Of a DNA stretch of 64,000 nt, positions 38,961-49,748 are shown in pieces. The notes below the pieces were generated by a model. The model had not been told where the DNA came from, did not search any database, and saw only the letters and a list, made by a program, of their open reading frames with translations. Position numbers and translations under genes: made by a program. Within the stretch, counting starts at the first letter, position 1, and each line of letters starts with the position of its first letter. The DNA is from a virus (lineage: Duplodnaviria; Caudoviricetes): the IMG/VR virus record IMGVR_UViG_2920693923_000001, positions 95,904 to 159,903 of that record; one strand, written 5' to 3'.

Positions 38961-41900
38961 TTGAGCAATTTAACAGTATTACATTTACATAGTATGGATT
39001 CTAACCCATATAGCGGTCTTGAAGTTGACTCAATCACCCCTTTTCAAGCTTATATTGACAAAGCAAAATCAGAAGGAATGAAAGCCATTGCTTTTACAGA
39101 GCATGGCGCAGTCCTTCATAATGTTGCAAAAAGACAGGCATGTGAAAAGGCTGGGTTGAAATATATTAATGCAGAAGAATTCTATGTAACAGAAAAAATT
39201 GATATGGATAATCTGCAAAGAGACAATTATCATTGTTGCTTATACGCAAAGAATTATGATGGGGTATTAGAACTTAACAAGCTTTCTTCTGATTCATTTA
39301 ATCGTAATGATGGTCATTTTTATTATAATCCACGAATTACCTTAGAGGAACTTGAGAATACATCAGATAATATTTTAGTATTAACAGCTTGTGTTGCAGG
39401 CATGTTATGTAAAGGAACGAAAGAAGTACAGGAAAGATTTCTGAAATTCCTTATTAAAAATAAGCATAGATGTTGGTTGGAAATACAGCCACACAATTTT
39501 GACGTTCAGATTTATTACAATCAGTATTTGTATAGAATTGCTCAGAAATATGGAATGAAGCTTATTGCTACAAGCGATGTACACGCTATTGATAAGGATC
39601 ATATGATGGGTAGAGCAGTGATGCAGAAATCAAAAAATGTTAATTTCCATGACGAGGATGCGTGTGATTTATCATGGAAATCTTATGATGATATGGTTAC
39701 TGCCTTTGAATTACAGAATGCATTACCAAAATCAATTTATCTTGATGCAATCGAAGAAACAAATAGATTTGCAGATAATATTGAATCATATGAATTAGAT
39801 TATAGTAATAAATATCCAAGATTATATCCTGATGCTGAGAAAGAATTTAAGGCACGAATAGTTCAAGGTGTAAAAGAACGTGGAATAAGCAAACTCCCAA
39901 ATTATAAAACAGAGTATATTCCAAGGATACAGGAAGAGTTAGAAACATATAAACATAATGATGCTATTGATTTTATGTTACTCGATTCAGATTACAAGAA
40001 TTGGCTGCTAAAAAATAATATGCACTATGGATGTTCAAGAGGTTCTGTATCTGGTAGTGAGATTGCATATTTGATTAAATGTACTGATGTTGATTCAGTT
40101 AAATATAAGCTTAACTTCTCACGATTTATGAATCCTGAAAGAATGTCATTGGCGGATGTAGATACTGATATTTACGCAGAAGATAGATATAAAGTGCGAG
40201 AGTATCTATTTAATAAGGAAGGTTTGTATTGTTGCAACATTATTACTTTTAATACAATTCAGTTAAAAGCAGCGATAAAAGATGTCGGTAGAGCATATGG
40301 GATGACTCCTGATCAAACACAAGAATTATCAAATATGGTAGAAACTGATGATAAAGGCAAGGATTATATGCCAGAAGAAATCAGAGAACAATATCCAGAA
40401 ATGTTTAAATATATTGATATGGTAATTGGAACAATTACATCACTTGGTAGACATGCAGCAGGAATTGTTTGTAGTCCTACAGATATAAGATATGATTTTG
40501 GAACATTGTCTATTACATCAGATCCACGTCCTGTAAGCCAAATAGATATGCACGAAATTGATTCTTTAAATTATGTAAAGTTAGATTTGTTAGGATTAAA
40601 TGCTGTTGGACTAATTGATGGTGCTTGCAAACTTGCAGGTATAGACTATTTAACACCTGATAAAGTTAATTTCTCGGATGAAAATGTTATTAACTCAATA
40701 GCAAAAGATACTACATTGATATTCCAGTTTGAAAGTGGTTTTGCAAGTGATTCATTAAAAAGAACACTTAGTAAGGAAACTTTGGAGAATATTAAAGCAC
40801 AGAATGATAATATCTCATATCTTGATGTAATGGCTATGGTCAGTGGTGCTATTAGACCAGCAGGTGAATCTTATAGAGAACAGTTATTCAATGGTATTTA
40901 CAAAGATAATGGCAACGAAGCACTTAATAATTTCTTGAAACCTACGCTTGGTTATTTAGTATATCAGGAACAGATTATTGATTTCTTACATGATTTCTGT
41001 GGCTTTACTATGGGGCAGGCAGATATTGTCCGTAGACATTTTGCTAAAAAAACAGGTACTGAAGCAGATATACCTATCATTGAAAATGGTGGATATATGG
41101 TAGATATTCACGGTAATAAAGATGATAGATATATTCCAGGATTTATTGCAATTGCACAAGAGAAGTATGGAATGACCGAAGCTGAAGCAAGAGAGGCTAT
41201 AAAGTCATTCTTGGTAGTAATCGAAGATGCATCTAATTATTTGTTTTCACGAAATCATTCCGTTTCATATAGTATGATAGGTCTATTTATTGGATGGTTA
41301 AGATATTATCATAAGATTGAGCTATTAACATCAGCGTTGAATGTTTATGTAGACAATAATGAAAAAATGTCAAACATCAAAGAATATATCAAATCGCAGG
41401 GAATAGAAATCAAAGGAATAAAATTTGGCAAATCTAAAGCACAGTATTTCATGGATAAAGACGAAAATGCCATTTATCAAGGAATCTCTTCTATAAAATA
41501 TTGTAATGATCAGATTGCAGATGAATTATATGAATTATCTAAAAATCATTATGATAATTTTGTCGATTTACTTTCTGATATTATTTCAAAAACATCTGTG
41601 GATGATAGACAATTACATATTCTTACGACACTAAATTTCTTTTCTGAGTTTGGCAAGAATAAATATTTGTTGTCAATTATTGATATGTATAATTTGTTAG
41701 GAAAATGTAAGACATTGAAAAAAGATAAAATTGCATCACTGAACATTAGAGAAGAAGATGTAAGAAAATGTGCAGAGAAAGAGACACCTAAACAGTATAG
41801 CAATGTTGATAAAGACAAACTTATTAAACTTATGATAAGCGGTTTAGAGAATAAGCCATTATCAATAAAAGAACAGATTGTATATGAGCAAGAATATCTT

Positions 41901-42194
41901 GGAAATATAATGTACAAAAATCCAAAAGCACCAAAAGACATGTATTATGTTCTTGAGTGTAAGTTCTATAAGGATAAAACAAAACCGTATCTTATGCTTT
42001 ATAACATGAGAGATGGTGAATATCTTAAAACAAAAATCACTTCTGGAAAGTCATTCATTGAATCCCCATTTATAGCAGGAAATGTCATCAATGTAAAAGA
42101 ATTTGGTGAGAGAAATAAAATGAAAAGGGTTGGTGGCGATTGGATTAAAACAGATGAAAAAGAGAGAATAGTAAAGAAGTGGGACGTATATTAG
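38961..42194 (+). CDS. dnaE: DNA polymerase III alpha subunit (phage DnaE)
   Basis: PHP domain (HLHS, TEHG, SDVH), RGSVSGS, DVDTD, HAAG, KLDLLGL, YQEQ. Confidence 0.93.
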   Translation: MSNLTVLHLHSMDSNPYSGLEVDSITPFQAYIDKAKSEGMKAIAFTEHGAVLHNVAKRQACEKAGLKYINAEEFYVTEKIDMDNLQRDNYHCCLYAKNYDGVLELNKLSSDSFNRNDGHFYYNPRITLEELENTSDNILVLTACVAGMLCKGTKEVQERFLKFLIKNKHRCWLEIQPHNFDVQIYYNQYLYRIAQKYGMKLIATSDVHAIDKDHMMGRAVMQKSKNVNFHDEDACDLSWKSYDDMVTAFELQNALPKSIYLDAIEETNRFADNIESYELDYSNKYPRLYPDAEKEFKARIVQGVKERGISKLPNYKTEYIPRIQEELETYKHNDAIDFMLLDSDYKNWLLKNNMHYGCSRGSVSGSEIAYLIKCTDVDSVKYKLNFSRFMNPERMSLADVDTDIYAEDRYKVREYLFNKEGLYCCNIITFNTIQLKAAIKDVGRAYGMTPDQTQELSNMVETDDKGKDYMPEEIREQYPEMFKYIDMVIGTITSLGRHAAGIVCSPTDIRYDFGTLSITSDPRPVSQIDMHEIDSLNYVKLDLLGLNAVGLIDGACKLAGIDYLTPDKVNFSDENVINSIAKDTTLIFQFESGFASDSLKRTLSKETLENIKAQNDNISYLDVMAMVSGAIRPAGESYREQLFNGIYKDNGNEALNNFLKPTLGYLVYQEQIIDFLHDFCGFTMGQADIVRRHFAKKTGTEADIPIIENGGYMVDIHGNKDDRYIPGFIAIAQEKYGMTEAEAREAIKSFLVVIEDASNYLFSRNHSVSYSMIGLFIGWLRYYHKIELLTSALNVYVDNNEKMSNIKEYIKSQGIEIKGIKFGKSKAQYFMDKDENAIYQGISSIKYCNDQIADELYELSKNHYDNFVDLLSDIISKTSVDDRQLHILTTLNFFSEFGKNKYLLSIIDMYNLLGKCKTLKKDKIASLNIREEDVRKCAEKETPKQYSNVDKDKLIKLMISGLENKPLSIKEQIVYEQEYLGNIMYKNPKAPKDMYYVLECKFYKDKTKPYLMLYNMRDGEYLKTKITSGKSFIESPFIAGNVINVKEFGERNKMKRVGGDWIKTDEKERIVKKWDVY

Positions 42195-42208
42195 AAGGAG
42201 ATGTAAAG

Positions 42209-44452
42209 TTGGATAAAATAATTGAGTTTAAATGTGTACCTGAAAGACTTGTATATAATTCTACTGACTTCAAAATATATGGCGTTTCTGTTAATTCATT
42301 TGAATATCCTGATGTATTGATTGGCAAATATGGCACAGCAACTATTAAAGGTAATATTTCAGAACTCAATCTTGGAGTTGATTACATTGTAAAAGCAAAG
42401 GAGGTATCCGATTCTCATGGAGTCGGATACGATGTAATCAATATTAAAAGAGAGAAACCTACTACATTAGCTGCGACACGAAATTTCTTATATGAAATTC
42501 TTACACCAAATCAGACAGATGTGTTATTAGAAGCATATCCAGACATCGTAGATAGAATAATGAATAACAGATTAGATGGCATTGATTTATCAAGAACAAA
42601 AGGTATTAAAGATTATACATTCAATGTTATTAAGAATAAAGTCATAGAGAATTTCAAATTAGCTGAGATTGTAGAAGAATTCAGAGGATTATTTAATCTT
42701 TCAACAGTAAAAAAACTGTATGACAAATATACTTCTGTTGACAAAATCAAGGAAGTTATTAGAGAAGAACCATATCAGTGTCTTTGTAGGTTAGGAGGGA
42801 TTGGTTTTAAAACTGCTGATTCCCTATTGTTGACATTAGACAAGGATGGCAAAGAATGTCAGAAGAAAGGGAAAAAGCCAGTTTTGTTCTTTGGATTTGA
42901 TCTTATAACATCATATCAGAGAGCGAAAGCTTGTGTAGATTATCTACTTGATGAGAATGAAAATAATGGTAATACATATATACATGTTGGTGATTTGAAA
43001 AAACAGTTTGATGTATTAGTGCCAGAAGCAAAAAGCAACTTGCCACTTATTCTTAAAGGTGATAATGATGTAATATTCGATAGAGAATTATTAAGTGTAT
43101 GTAAGAAAGAAACATATGAAACAGAGAAATATATAGCAGAGAGAATAAAAGAGGGATTGCAGATACATACAAAATGGGAGTGTGATTGTTCAAAGTTTCA
43201 GGAACTTGATGGTTTTAAATTAACTGAGAATCAGTGTAAAACATCACAATATATGTGTGAAAATAACATTGTTCTTCTTGTTGGATATGGTGGTAGTGGT
43301 AAATCTTCAAGTACACAGGCATTTGTAAATATGTTAAATGCTTATAACAAAAGGCATTTACTTTTAGCACCAACTGGTAGAGCTGCAAAGGTACTGTCAG
43401 GTTTTACAAATGAAAATGCTATGACAATTCATAGAGGTCTTATGTATATGCCACCTGCTGATTGGGGATTTAATGAAGAGAATAAATTACCATATGATGT
43501 AGTAATTGTGGATGAGTTTTCAATGGTAGACATTTTCTTATTTAGAAAATTGCTTGAAGCTATAGATTTTGAAAAAACAAAACTACTTCTTATTGGTGAT
43601 GATGCACAGATTCCTTCTGTTGGTGCTGGTAATGTACTTTATGATTTGTTGAAATGCGATGACATTCCTACTATCACGCTTGATAAGGTATTCCGTTATG
43701 GCAAAGGTGGTTTATCTACTGTTGCTACAGATACACGAACTGGTACTGAATATTTAGATAAGACCAAAACAGGTATGCAAGTGTTTGGCGAAGATCAGTC
43801 ATATATATTTATGCCGATTCTTCAAGATAAACTTGTTGGATATACTGTAAAACTTTATCAGACATTATTATCCAAAGGATATTCTGTTGATGATATTGCA
43901 GTATTGTCTTGCTATAACGTAGGTGATTATGGAACAGTAGCATTAAATAAGAAGATACAAAACGCAGTTAATTCTAATCCAAAAGCGAAAATTACATTTG
44001 GAGATACAGAATTTAGATTGAATGACATTGTAATGAACTATGCTAATGATTACAAAGCAATCATCTATAACGAGGAATATATTGATGATAAAAATACAAC
44101 ATTTATTGCTAATGGTGAATCTGGTAGAGTTGTAAAAATTCTAAAAGATGCAATGGTTGTTGATTATGATGGAACGCTTATTTATATCCCAAAAAGTTCT
44201 ATGAAAAATATTCGATTGGCTTATGCTATCAGCACACACAAATCTCAGGGTGGTCAGTTTAAGGTGGTTGTTTTAATTACACCTAAAGCCCACACATTCA
44301 TGTTGAATTCCAATTTGTTATATGTAGGAGAAAGTAGAGCAAAAGAAAAATGTTATCACCTTGGAGAGATTCGTACAGTAAATAATGCACTTAAAAAGAA
44401 GGAAAATTTTGATAGAAAAACAATGCTTCAGATATTTATGAAAGCAGAATAG
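42209..44452 (+). CDS. RecD2-like SF1 helicase
   Basis: GIGFKTAD, GYGGSGKS, APTGRAA, DEFSM, GDDAQIPSVG, HKSQG. Confidence 0.9.
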   Translation: MDKIIEFKCVPERLVYNSTDFKIYGVSVNSFEYPDVLIGKYGTATIKGNISELNLGVDYIVKAKEVSDSHGVGYDVINIKREKPTTLAATRNFLYEILTPNQTDVLLEAYPDIVDRIMNNRLDGIDLSRTKGIKDYTFNVIKNKVIENFKLAEIVEEFRGLFNLSTVKKLYDKYTSVDKIKEVIREEPYQCLCRLGGIGFKTADSLLLTLDKDGKECQKKGKKPVLFFGFDLITSYQRAKACVDYLLDENENNGNTYIHVGDLKKQFDVLVPEAKSNLPLILKGDNDVIFDRELLSVCKKETYETEKYIAERIKEGLQIHTKWECDCSKFQELDGFKLTENQCKTSQYMCENNIVLLVGYGGSGKSSSTQAFVNMLNAYNKRHLLLAPTGRAAKVLSGFTNENAMTIHRGLMYMPPADWGFNEENKLPYDVVIVDEFSMVDIFLFRKLLEAIDFEKTKLLLIGDDAQIPSVGAGNVLYDLLKCDDIPTITLDKVFRYGKGGLSTVATDTRTGTEYLDKTKTGMQVFGEDQSYIFMPILQDKLVGYTVKLYQTLLSKGYSVDDIAVLSCYNVGDYGTVALNKKIQNAVNSNPKAKITFGDTEFRLNDIVMNYANDYKAIIYNEEYIDDKNTTFIANGESGRVVKILKDAMVVDYDGTLIYIPKSSMKNIRLAYAISTHKSQGGQFKVVVLITPKAHTFMLNSNLLYVGESRAKEKCYHLGEIRTVNNALKKKENFDRKTMLQIFMKAE

Positions 44453-44460
44453 GAGAATAT

Positions 44461-45204
44461 ATGAATAGTAAGTCAAACATTTTTGATTCGATTTTAAACA
44501 CAATTGAGTCAGAAGATATTAGAAAATTTGCAGAAAGATGTATTGAAACAATCCCAGATTATTTTTGGAATGTGGGTGCGTCAAGTACGGGAAAATACCA
44601 TCCTCAATATGCTCTTGGTGATTTAGGATTAGCAAGACATACATGTGCTTTGGTAAGATTCTTAAATCATATTTTTGCGGTTGATTGTTTTGGTAAGAAT
44701 TTTACTCAAAGAGAGAAAGATTTAATGAGAGTTGCAGGAATGATGCATGATTCACGAAAAAGCGGAAATGATGATGACTTCACAAAAAATAAATATACAA
44801 AGTTTGATCATCCTCTTTTAGCAGCCAATGTTATTCGTGGGTTAAAAGGCAATGAACTCCCTGATAAAGAAATCGAAATGATTGCAACTACAATCGAGAG
44901 CCATATGGGTGCATGGAATGCTGATAAAAGAAGTTCAATGGTATTGCCATTGCCTAAAAACAAATATCAGACAATTTTACATTTAGCAGACTACCTTGCA
45001 AGTCGTAAAGATATTGAAGTTCTGTTTGATGGATTTGAAGTACCAAAAAAGGAAGTCGTTAAGTTAGAGGATTATGTTTTGAACTTTGGAAAACACAGTG
45101 GCGAGAAGCTTGTTGATGTTGCTCAGTCAGATCCAAGTTATATCTCATGGGCAAAAGAAAATATGAGTAGAGAGCCAGTAAGAAGTTTATTGGCTCAACT
45201 GTAG
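44461..45204 (+). CDS. HD-domain phosphohydrolase with C-terminal FGKH motif domain
   Basis: ASSTGKYH, HT, MHD, SHMG, LAD motifs. Confidence 0.8.
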   Translation: MNSKSNIFDSILNTIESEDIRKFAERCIETIPDYFWNVGASSTGKYHPQYALGDLGLARHTCALVRFLNHIFAVDCFGKNFTQREKDLMRVAGMMHDSRKSGNDDDFTKNKYTKFDHPLLAANVIRGLKGNELPDKEIEMIATTIESHMGAWNADKRSSMVLPLPKNKYQTILHLADYLASRKDIEVLFDGFEVPKKEVVKLEDYVLNFGKHSGEKLVDVAQSDPSYISWAKENMSREPVRSLLAQL

Positions 45205-45320
45205 AGAATAATACAGTGGAGGATTTCTGGAATGCCCATAAATAGGGCGTTTCAGAGACTTAAAAAGCCAGGGAAAGACGGATTTATTGTCCGTCATTTA
45301 TATGAAAGAGAGGTACAAAT

Positions 45321-45887
45321 ATGGTTTATGGAGTATTTAGTGGTTGTTATAGTGATTGGTATATAGTCGGTTATTTTAATAATCATCAAGACGCAGAAAA
45401 ATATTGCTGTTTATGTGGAAATGGTGATTACTATGTAAAACCATTAAAAGATTTAACTGATAAAAAAGATTTATCGAAAGTCTCCTTAAAATATTGCCAT
45501 GAAGTTACGTTTGATCGTGGTGATTATACAAACAAATGGAACTGGATTATGAGAGAAGAACCTGAGAGATATACTTGTTATATTGACGATTATTTACATC
45601 GTAATAGCGTAAGACAAGGCATATATGCTATGAATGACTGGTTATGTTTTACTATTAATATAGATCGTGATAACAGAAAATTAGCAGAAAAAATAGCTCA
45701 AGATTATTTAGCTGAATTGCGTTCTTATGTCGATGGGGAAATTACAGATGATAGTATTCAATTAATGAATTATAAACTTGCTGCACCATGTAAAGAACTA
45801 GAACGAATAAAAAAAGAAGAAGAAGAAATTAAACAAAAAGAACTTGCAGAATTAGAAAGATTAAAAGCTAAATACGAAACAAAATAA
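45321..45887 (+). CDS. Hypothetical phage protein
   Basis: GAGGT RBS. Confidence 0.7.
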   Translation: MVYGVFSGCYSDWYIVGYFNNHQDAEKYCCLCGNGDYYVKPLKDLTDKKDLSKVSLKYCHEVTFDRGDYTNKWNWIMREEPERYTCYIDDYLHRNSVRQGIYAMNDWLCFTINIDRDNRKLAEKIAQDYLAELRSYVDGEITDDSIQLMNYKLAAPCKELERIKKEEEEIKQKELAELERLKAKYETK

Positions 45888-45919
45888 ACGACAGTTTCTT
45901 TGGAAGATTGGAGGTAATT

Positions 45920-46141
45920 ATGCATTGTTATGAATGCCCATATACATCAAAAGTACAGAGAAAATATGGAGTGACGACACACTGCAATCTTGAACCAACA
46001 AATATGGATGTCACATTTCATGTGATGAAGAAAGACAATAATAAATTATGCCCATTTGTATGCAAAAGCACAAGATTTCTAGGAGTTAATTACGAGAAAT
46101 ATATTGACGATAAAATGGCACTGTGGATAAAAGAAAAATAA
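45920..46141 (+). CDS. Small Cys-rich phage protein
   Basis: GGAGGT RBS, CYECP. Confidence 0.65.
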   Translation: MHCYECPYTSKVQRKYGVTTHCNLEPTNMDVTFHVMKKDNNKLCPFVCKSTRFLGVNYEKYIDDKMALWIKEK

Positions 46142-46254
46142 CAAGACTCCATTATTTCATTGCTGCGATTTCATAATTTTCGTTGCATTTCTTAGAGCAA
46201 TTCGCTCATCATTTCACAAATAAAAAGAGAATAAATAGCCAGGAGGTGATTCTT

Positions 46255-46551
46255 ATAGAATGGTATGTTTATTATCATGACTCTAATGCACAAAAAATTA
46301 TTAAATGGAACGTATTTAATCATGGTACTTTTGCAGAAAAAGTTAATAAGTTATTACAAGAAAATTTGTCAAGAGATGAATTTGCAGATTGTTTAAAAAA
46401 ATATCTTATGTATTATATGTGGTCTAAATGTGAATATGAAATAATTTTATCATCTTGGACTGGACGAGCAGATGACATTAAGATTGATGTTTATGACCAA
46501 ATAATGATGAATTTTGACAGGTTTGTTGATTATTGCTGGTCATTCAAGTAA
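46255..46551 (+). CDS. Hypothetical phage protein, probable ATA start
   Basis: AGGAGGTGAT upstream of ATA 46255. Confidence 0.65.
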   Translation: MEWYVYYHDSNAQKIIKWNVFNHGTFAEKVNKLLQENLSRDEFADCLKKYLMYYMWSKCEYEIILSSWTGRADDIKIDVYDQIMMNFDRFVDYCWSFK

Positions 46552-46636
46552 GAAAAGCCTTGAAAATAAGGCGAAATTCGAGATGAAATTTCCAAGTAAA
46601 TTGGACTTTCATTGGATTTGAAAAGGAGGAATAAAA

Positions 46637-47362
46637 TTGAAAGCAACAGTAACAAGTATTACAGGATTTTATGGGGCATTCGTTTCAATGTTTATGAGTA
46701 AAAGAACTTGGACACCTGAATTAGACAAAGAGATCAAAGAAGTTTGTGATTCTGTATTGGATAACAATGGAAGACTGCGTGAAGAGCAGGATAGTGAGAA
46801 TCTCGAAAGGTTTAATAAATGGCTTGGTATGCTACTTCGTATGGGTAAAAGACATATTACAGTTCTTAGATTTTTAGATATTGAAATTATGACAGAGGGG
46901 ATGCATAGGGCTGGGCAGGACGATCTTGATAGCCACGCACGTAGATTTGAGAATCGAATTATTAGAAGTAGTACAAGATTAGCAACTTTCGCAGATGGTG
47001 AAGTGTCTGATTTTTATAAAGATAAAGTCCTTACAGATGGACAGGTATGCAAGAGTTTAGGATATGAACTGCCAAATGAGATTGAATATGAAGGAAAAAC
47101 ATATGTTAAATCCACAAATGGTTATGTATTAAAAGAATACGAGAATAACAAGGACGTAAAACGTGGTCTATATATGTTAGGAATTCCAAGTAATTTTATC
47201 TCTAAGATTAATCTATGTGAATGGGGACATGTATTTAGAGAACGTTGCGCTGATGGCGGTGCTAATCCAGAGGTAAAAGAGTGGGCAGAACAGGTTATGA
47301 AACAGATTACAGAATTTCACAAAGAGATCACAAGAGATTATGTTTTGTCGATTCAGAACTAA
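46637..47362 (+). CDS. Divergent ThyX-like (flavin-dependent thymidylate synthase fold) protein
   Basis: RHITVLRF, DLDSHARR...SSTR and RC...ANPEV loosely match ThyX motifs; nucleotide-metabolism context. Confidence 0.45.
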   Translation: MKATVTSITGFYGAFVSMFMSKRTWTPELDKEIKEVCDSVLDNNGRLREEQDSENLERFNKWLGMLLRMGKRHITVLRFLDIEIMTEGMHRAGQDDLDSHARRFENRIIRSSTRLATFADGEVSDFYKDKVLTDGQVCKSLGYELPNEIEYEGKTYVKSTNGYVLKEYENNKDVKRGLYMLGIPSNFISKINLCEWGHVFRERCADGGANPEVKEWAEQVMKQITEFHKEITRDYVLSIQN

Positions 47363-47393
47363 ATAAATGTTCATTTCATAGGAGGCGATCATA

Positions 47394-47612
47394 ATTAGAA
47401 ATCTAGCACGTATAGATAAATTTACAGCAGAATTAAATAGAATATGGAAGAAATATTTTCCTGATTGGAGATACGGACAACTTATGATGAATTTTCTTGG
47501 ATGGGTATCTTGCGACAAGAAAATTGATCCGTTTTTCATTGAGGAAAATAAGATGCTTACATATTTAAAAGAATATTGTGGAGAGGAGGTGGACGATGGA
47601 AACAGTAATTAG
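47394..47612 (+). CDS. Hypothetical phage protein, probable ATT start (missed by the ORF track)
   Basis: AGGAGGCGAT RBS; RNLARIDKF...PDWRYGQL...DPFFIEE. Confidence 0.65.
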   Translation: MRNLARIDKFTAELNRIWKKYFPDWRYGQLMMNFLGWVSCDKKIDPFFIEENKMLTYLKEYCGEEVDDGNSN

Positions 47613-48873
47613 TTTATTTAAACAGATACAATCTACGAGCAGTTTAAATGAGAAGAAAGTGATTATCAATGACAATAAAGATAATGAATTATTCAAGAAA
47701 TGTTTAAAATTTCTATGTGATTCTAATATACAAACTGGTTTGTCTACCAAGAAAATTTCTAAGAAAGTTCATCCATCAAATTATATTTTGGCAGAATTTG
47801 AAGATGTTATACAATATTTGAAAACTAATAATACAGGAACAGATTATGATATTTCAATGATACAAAGTTTTATCAATGAGCAACCTAAAGAATATCGTAG
47901 TTTTTACATAGACTTAATTACAAAGAAATTCCGTCTTGGATGTGATAAGAAAGTCGTCAATAATGTTATTCCTGGCTTAATCCCATCTTGGGACGTACAG
48001 CAAGCTTATCCTATCTCTGAAAAGAACGAGCCTAAAGATGGTGAGTGGTTTGCTCTATCTCAAAAACTTAACGGATCTAATGCCGGATGGAAACACGGAC
48101 AATTGATAAGTAGACAAGGTAAGCCATTTACAGGACTTGATCATATAATCAAAGACCTTAAAAGACTTCCTAATATAGATAATTTCTTTCTTAATGGAGA
48201 ATTAATTCGTAAAAATTATGATAACCTTTCTGATAATGATAATTTCCAGTTAGGAACTGGCATTATCAATTCTGATGATTCTGATAAATCTTGTATTAAA
48301 TTTGTAATTTATGAAATACTCCCAGTCGAAGAGTTTATACATGGTGAAAGTCAATTGACGTATCGGCAACGCAGAACTCAGTTAATTAACCCTCTTACTG
48401 TAGCCATTTCGAGACTGAATACCGACAATCTTGAAGTTGTACCTATTATATATGAAGGAACTGATAAATCAGTTATTCCATTATTACTTGATAAAGCAGA
48501 TAAAGACGGTTGGGAAGGTCTTATGCTTAATAAAGATACTAAATGGAAGAATAAACGCAACAACGGGATTCTTAAAATCAAGTCATTTAAGCATTCCGAT
48601 ATTCGTTGTACTGAAATTATTGAGGGCGATGGTAAATATAAAGGTACATTGGGATTAATTAAATGTGATTATAAAGGGCATGAGCTTGGTGTAGGATCTG
48701 GATTTACAGATAAGCAGCGAGATTATTATTGGAATAATCCTGATGAGATTATAGGGAAAATTGTGCAAATTAAATTCAAAGCAGAAACTAAAAATAAAGA
48801 TGGTGGAATTTCAGTTCAGTTCCCTATTTTCGAAATTGTGAGAACCGATAAAACAGAACCATCTTACAACTAA
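47596..48873 (+). CDS. ATP-dependent DNA ligase
   Basis: QKLNG adenylation motif, NGEL, EGLML, VGSG, FPIF. Confidence 0.88.
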   Translation: METVISLFKQIQSTSSLNEKKVIINDNKDNELFKKCLKFLCDSNIQTGLSTKKISKKVHPSNYILAEFEDVIQYLKTNNTGTDYDISMIQSFINEQPKEYRSFYIDLITKKFRLGCDKKVVNNVIPGLIPSWDVQQAYPISEKNEPKDGEWFALSQKLNGSNAGWKHGQLISRQGKPFTGLDHIIKDLKRLPNIDNFFLNGELIRKNYDNLSDNDNFQLGTGIINSDDSDKSCIKFVIYEILPVEEFIHGESQLTYRQRRTQLINPLTVAISRLNTDNLEVVPIIYEGTDKSVIPLLLDKADKDGWEGLMLNKDTKWKNKRNNGILKIKSFKHSDIRCTEIIEGDGKYKGTLGLIKCDYKGHELGVGSGFTDKQRDYYWNNPDEIIGKIVQIKFKAETKNKDGGISVQFPIFEIVRTDKTEPSYN

Positions 48874-49062
48874 TTAAAAGTGGTTATTATCATTATAATA
48901 CTTGCGTATGCTATAAGTTGGATTGTGACTTGTGGCATCATCAAACTTGTTACATTATGTTTTGGGTGGACATTTAGATGGTCTGTGTCCACAGGCATTT
49001 GGTTAACGTTTATTTTGGCAAGAACAGTTTTCAAACAATCGAGCAAGTAAAGGAGGAATTTT

Positions 49063-49734
49063 ATTTTTATACGAAAGTTAAAAGAAATATTAAAACGAGA
49101 CACATTGTATTGTGTGATGTTAATGGTTGTAATTATTCTATTGATTGTAAATATTATTGTTTTACATCATGTGAATAAAGCAGCAGATCAGACATATAAC
49201 AAATCGTCAAAAGAAGTCGATCTTATCATTGAAGATCCAAATAATGACATTCAACCAATTCTTATTTATTCTAATCCAGTATCGGATTATGAAGTATCTA
49301 ATGAGCCAAGAATTATCGAAATAGAAGATTATGGCATTTCTGAAATTAAAATTGAAGAAACAATTGAAACAGAAATCATAAATGATATTCCAACAACAAT
49401 TGAAAAAGAGAATATAGAAATAACATATAACTCAGATAGTGTGCTGACAGCTTCCAAGGGAGTAAATTACTACAATGGTAATAAAGAAACATATTACAAC
49501 TTAGATATGTCAGGCTGTGTATCTATTATGAGAAATATGGGGAACACTGATGAATATTGGGTGAGAGAAGATGGCTGTAAAATGCTTGGGAATTATATTA
49601 TGTGTGCAGCAAATCTTGATATTCATCCACGAGGATCATTAGTAGAAACAAGTTTAGGAACTGCAATTGTCGTTGATACTGGTGGATTTGCTGACAGCAA
49701 TCCAAATCAAATTGACATTGCGGTTAACTGGTAA
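49063..49734 (+). CDS. Membrane-anchored 3D-domain (lytic-transglycosylase-like) protein; probable ATT start
   Basis: TM helix, acidic linker, CAAN...PRGS...VVDTGG...IDI. Confidence 0.65.
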   Translation: MFIRKLKEILKRDTLYCVMLMVVIILLIVNIIVLHHVNKAADQTYNKSSKEVDLIIEDPNNDIQPILIYSNPVSDYEVSNEPRIIEIEDYGISEIKIEETIETEIINDIPTTIEKENIEITYNSDSVLTASKGVNYYNGNKETYYNLDMSGCVSIMRNMGNTDEYWVREDGCKMLGNYIMCAANLDIHPRGSLVETSLGTAIVVDTGGFADSNPNQIDIAVNW

Positions 49735-49748
49735 GGAGGTATACACAT

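Noticed and set aside
48874-49050. Hydrophobic frame continuing in frame after the ligase stop (possible readthrough)
   Set aside because: There is no RBS or readthrough signal; it is probably the remnant of a small membrane gene and cannot be supported.
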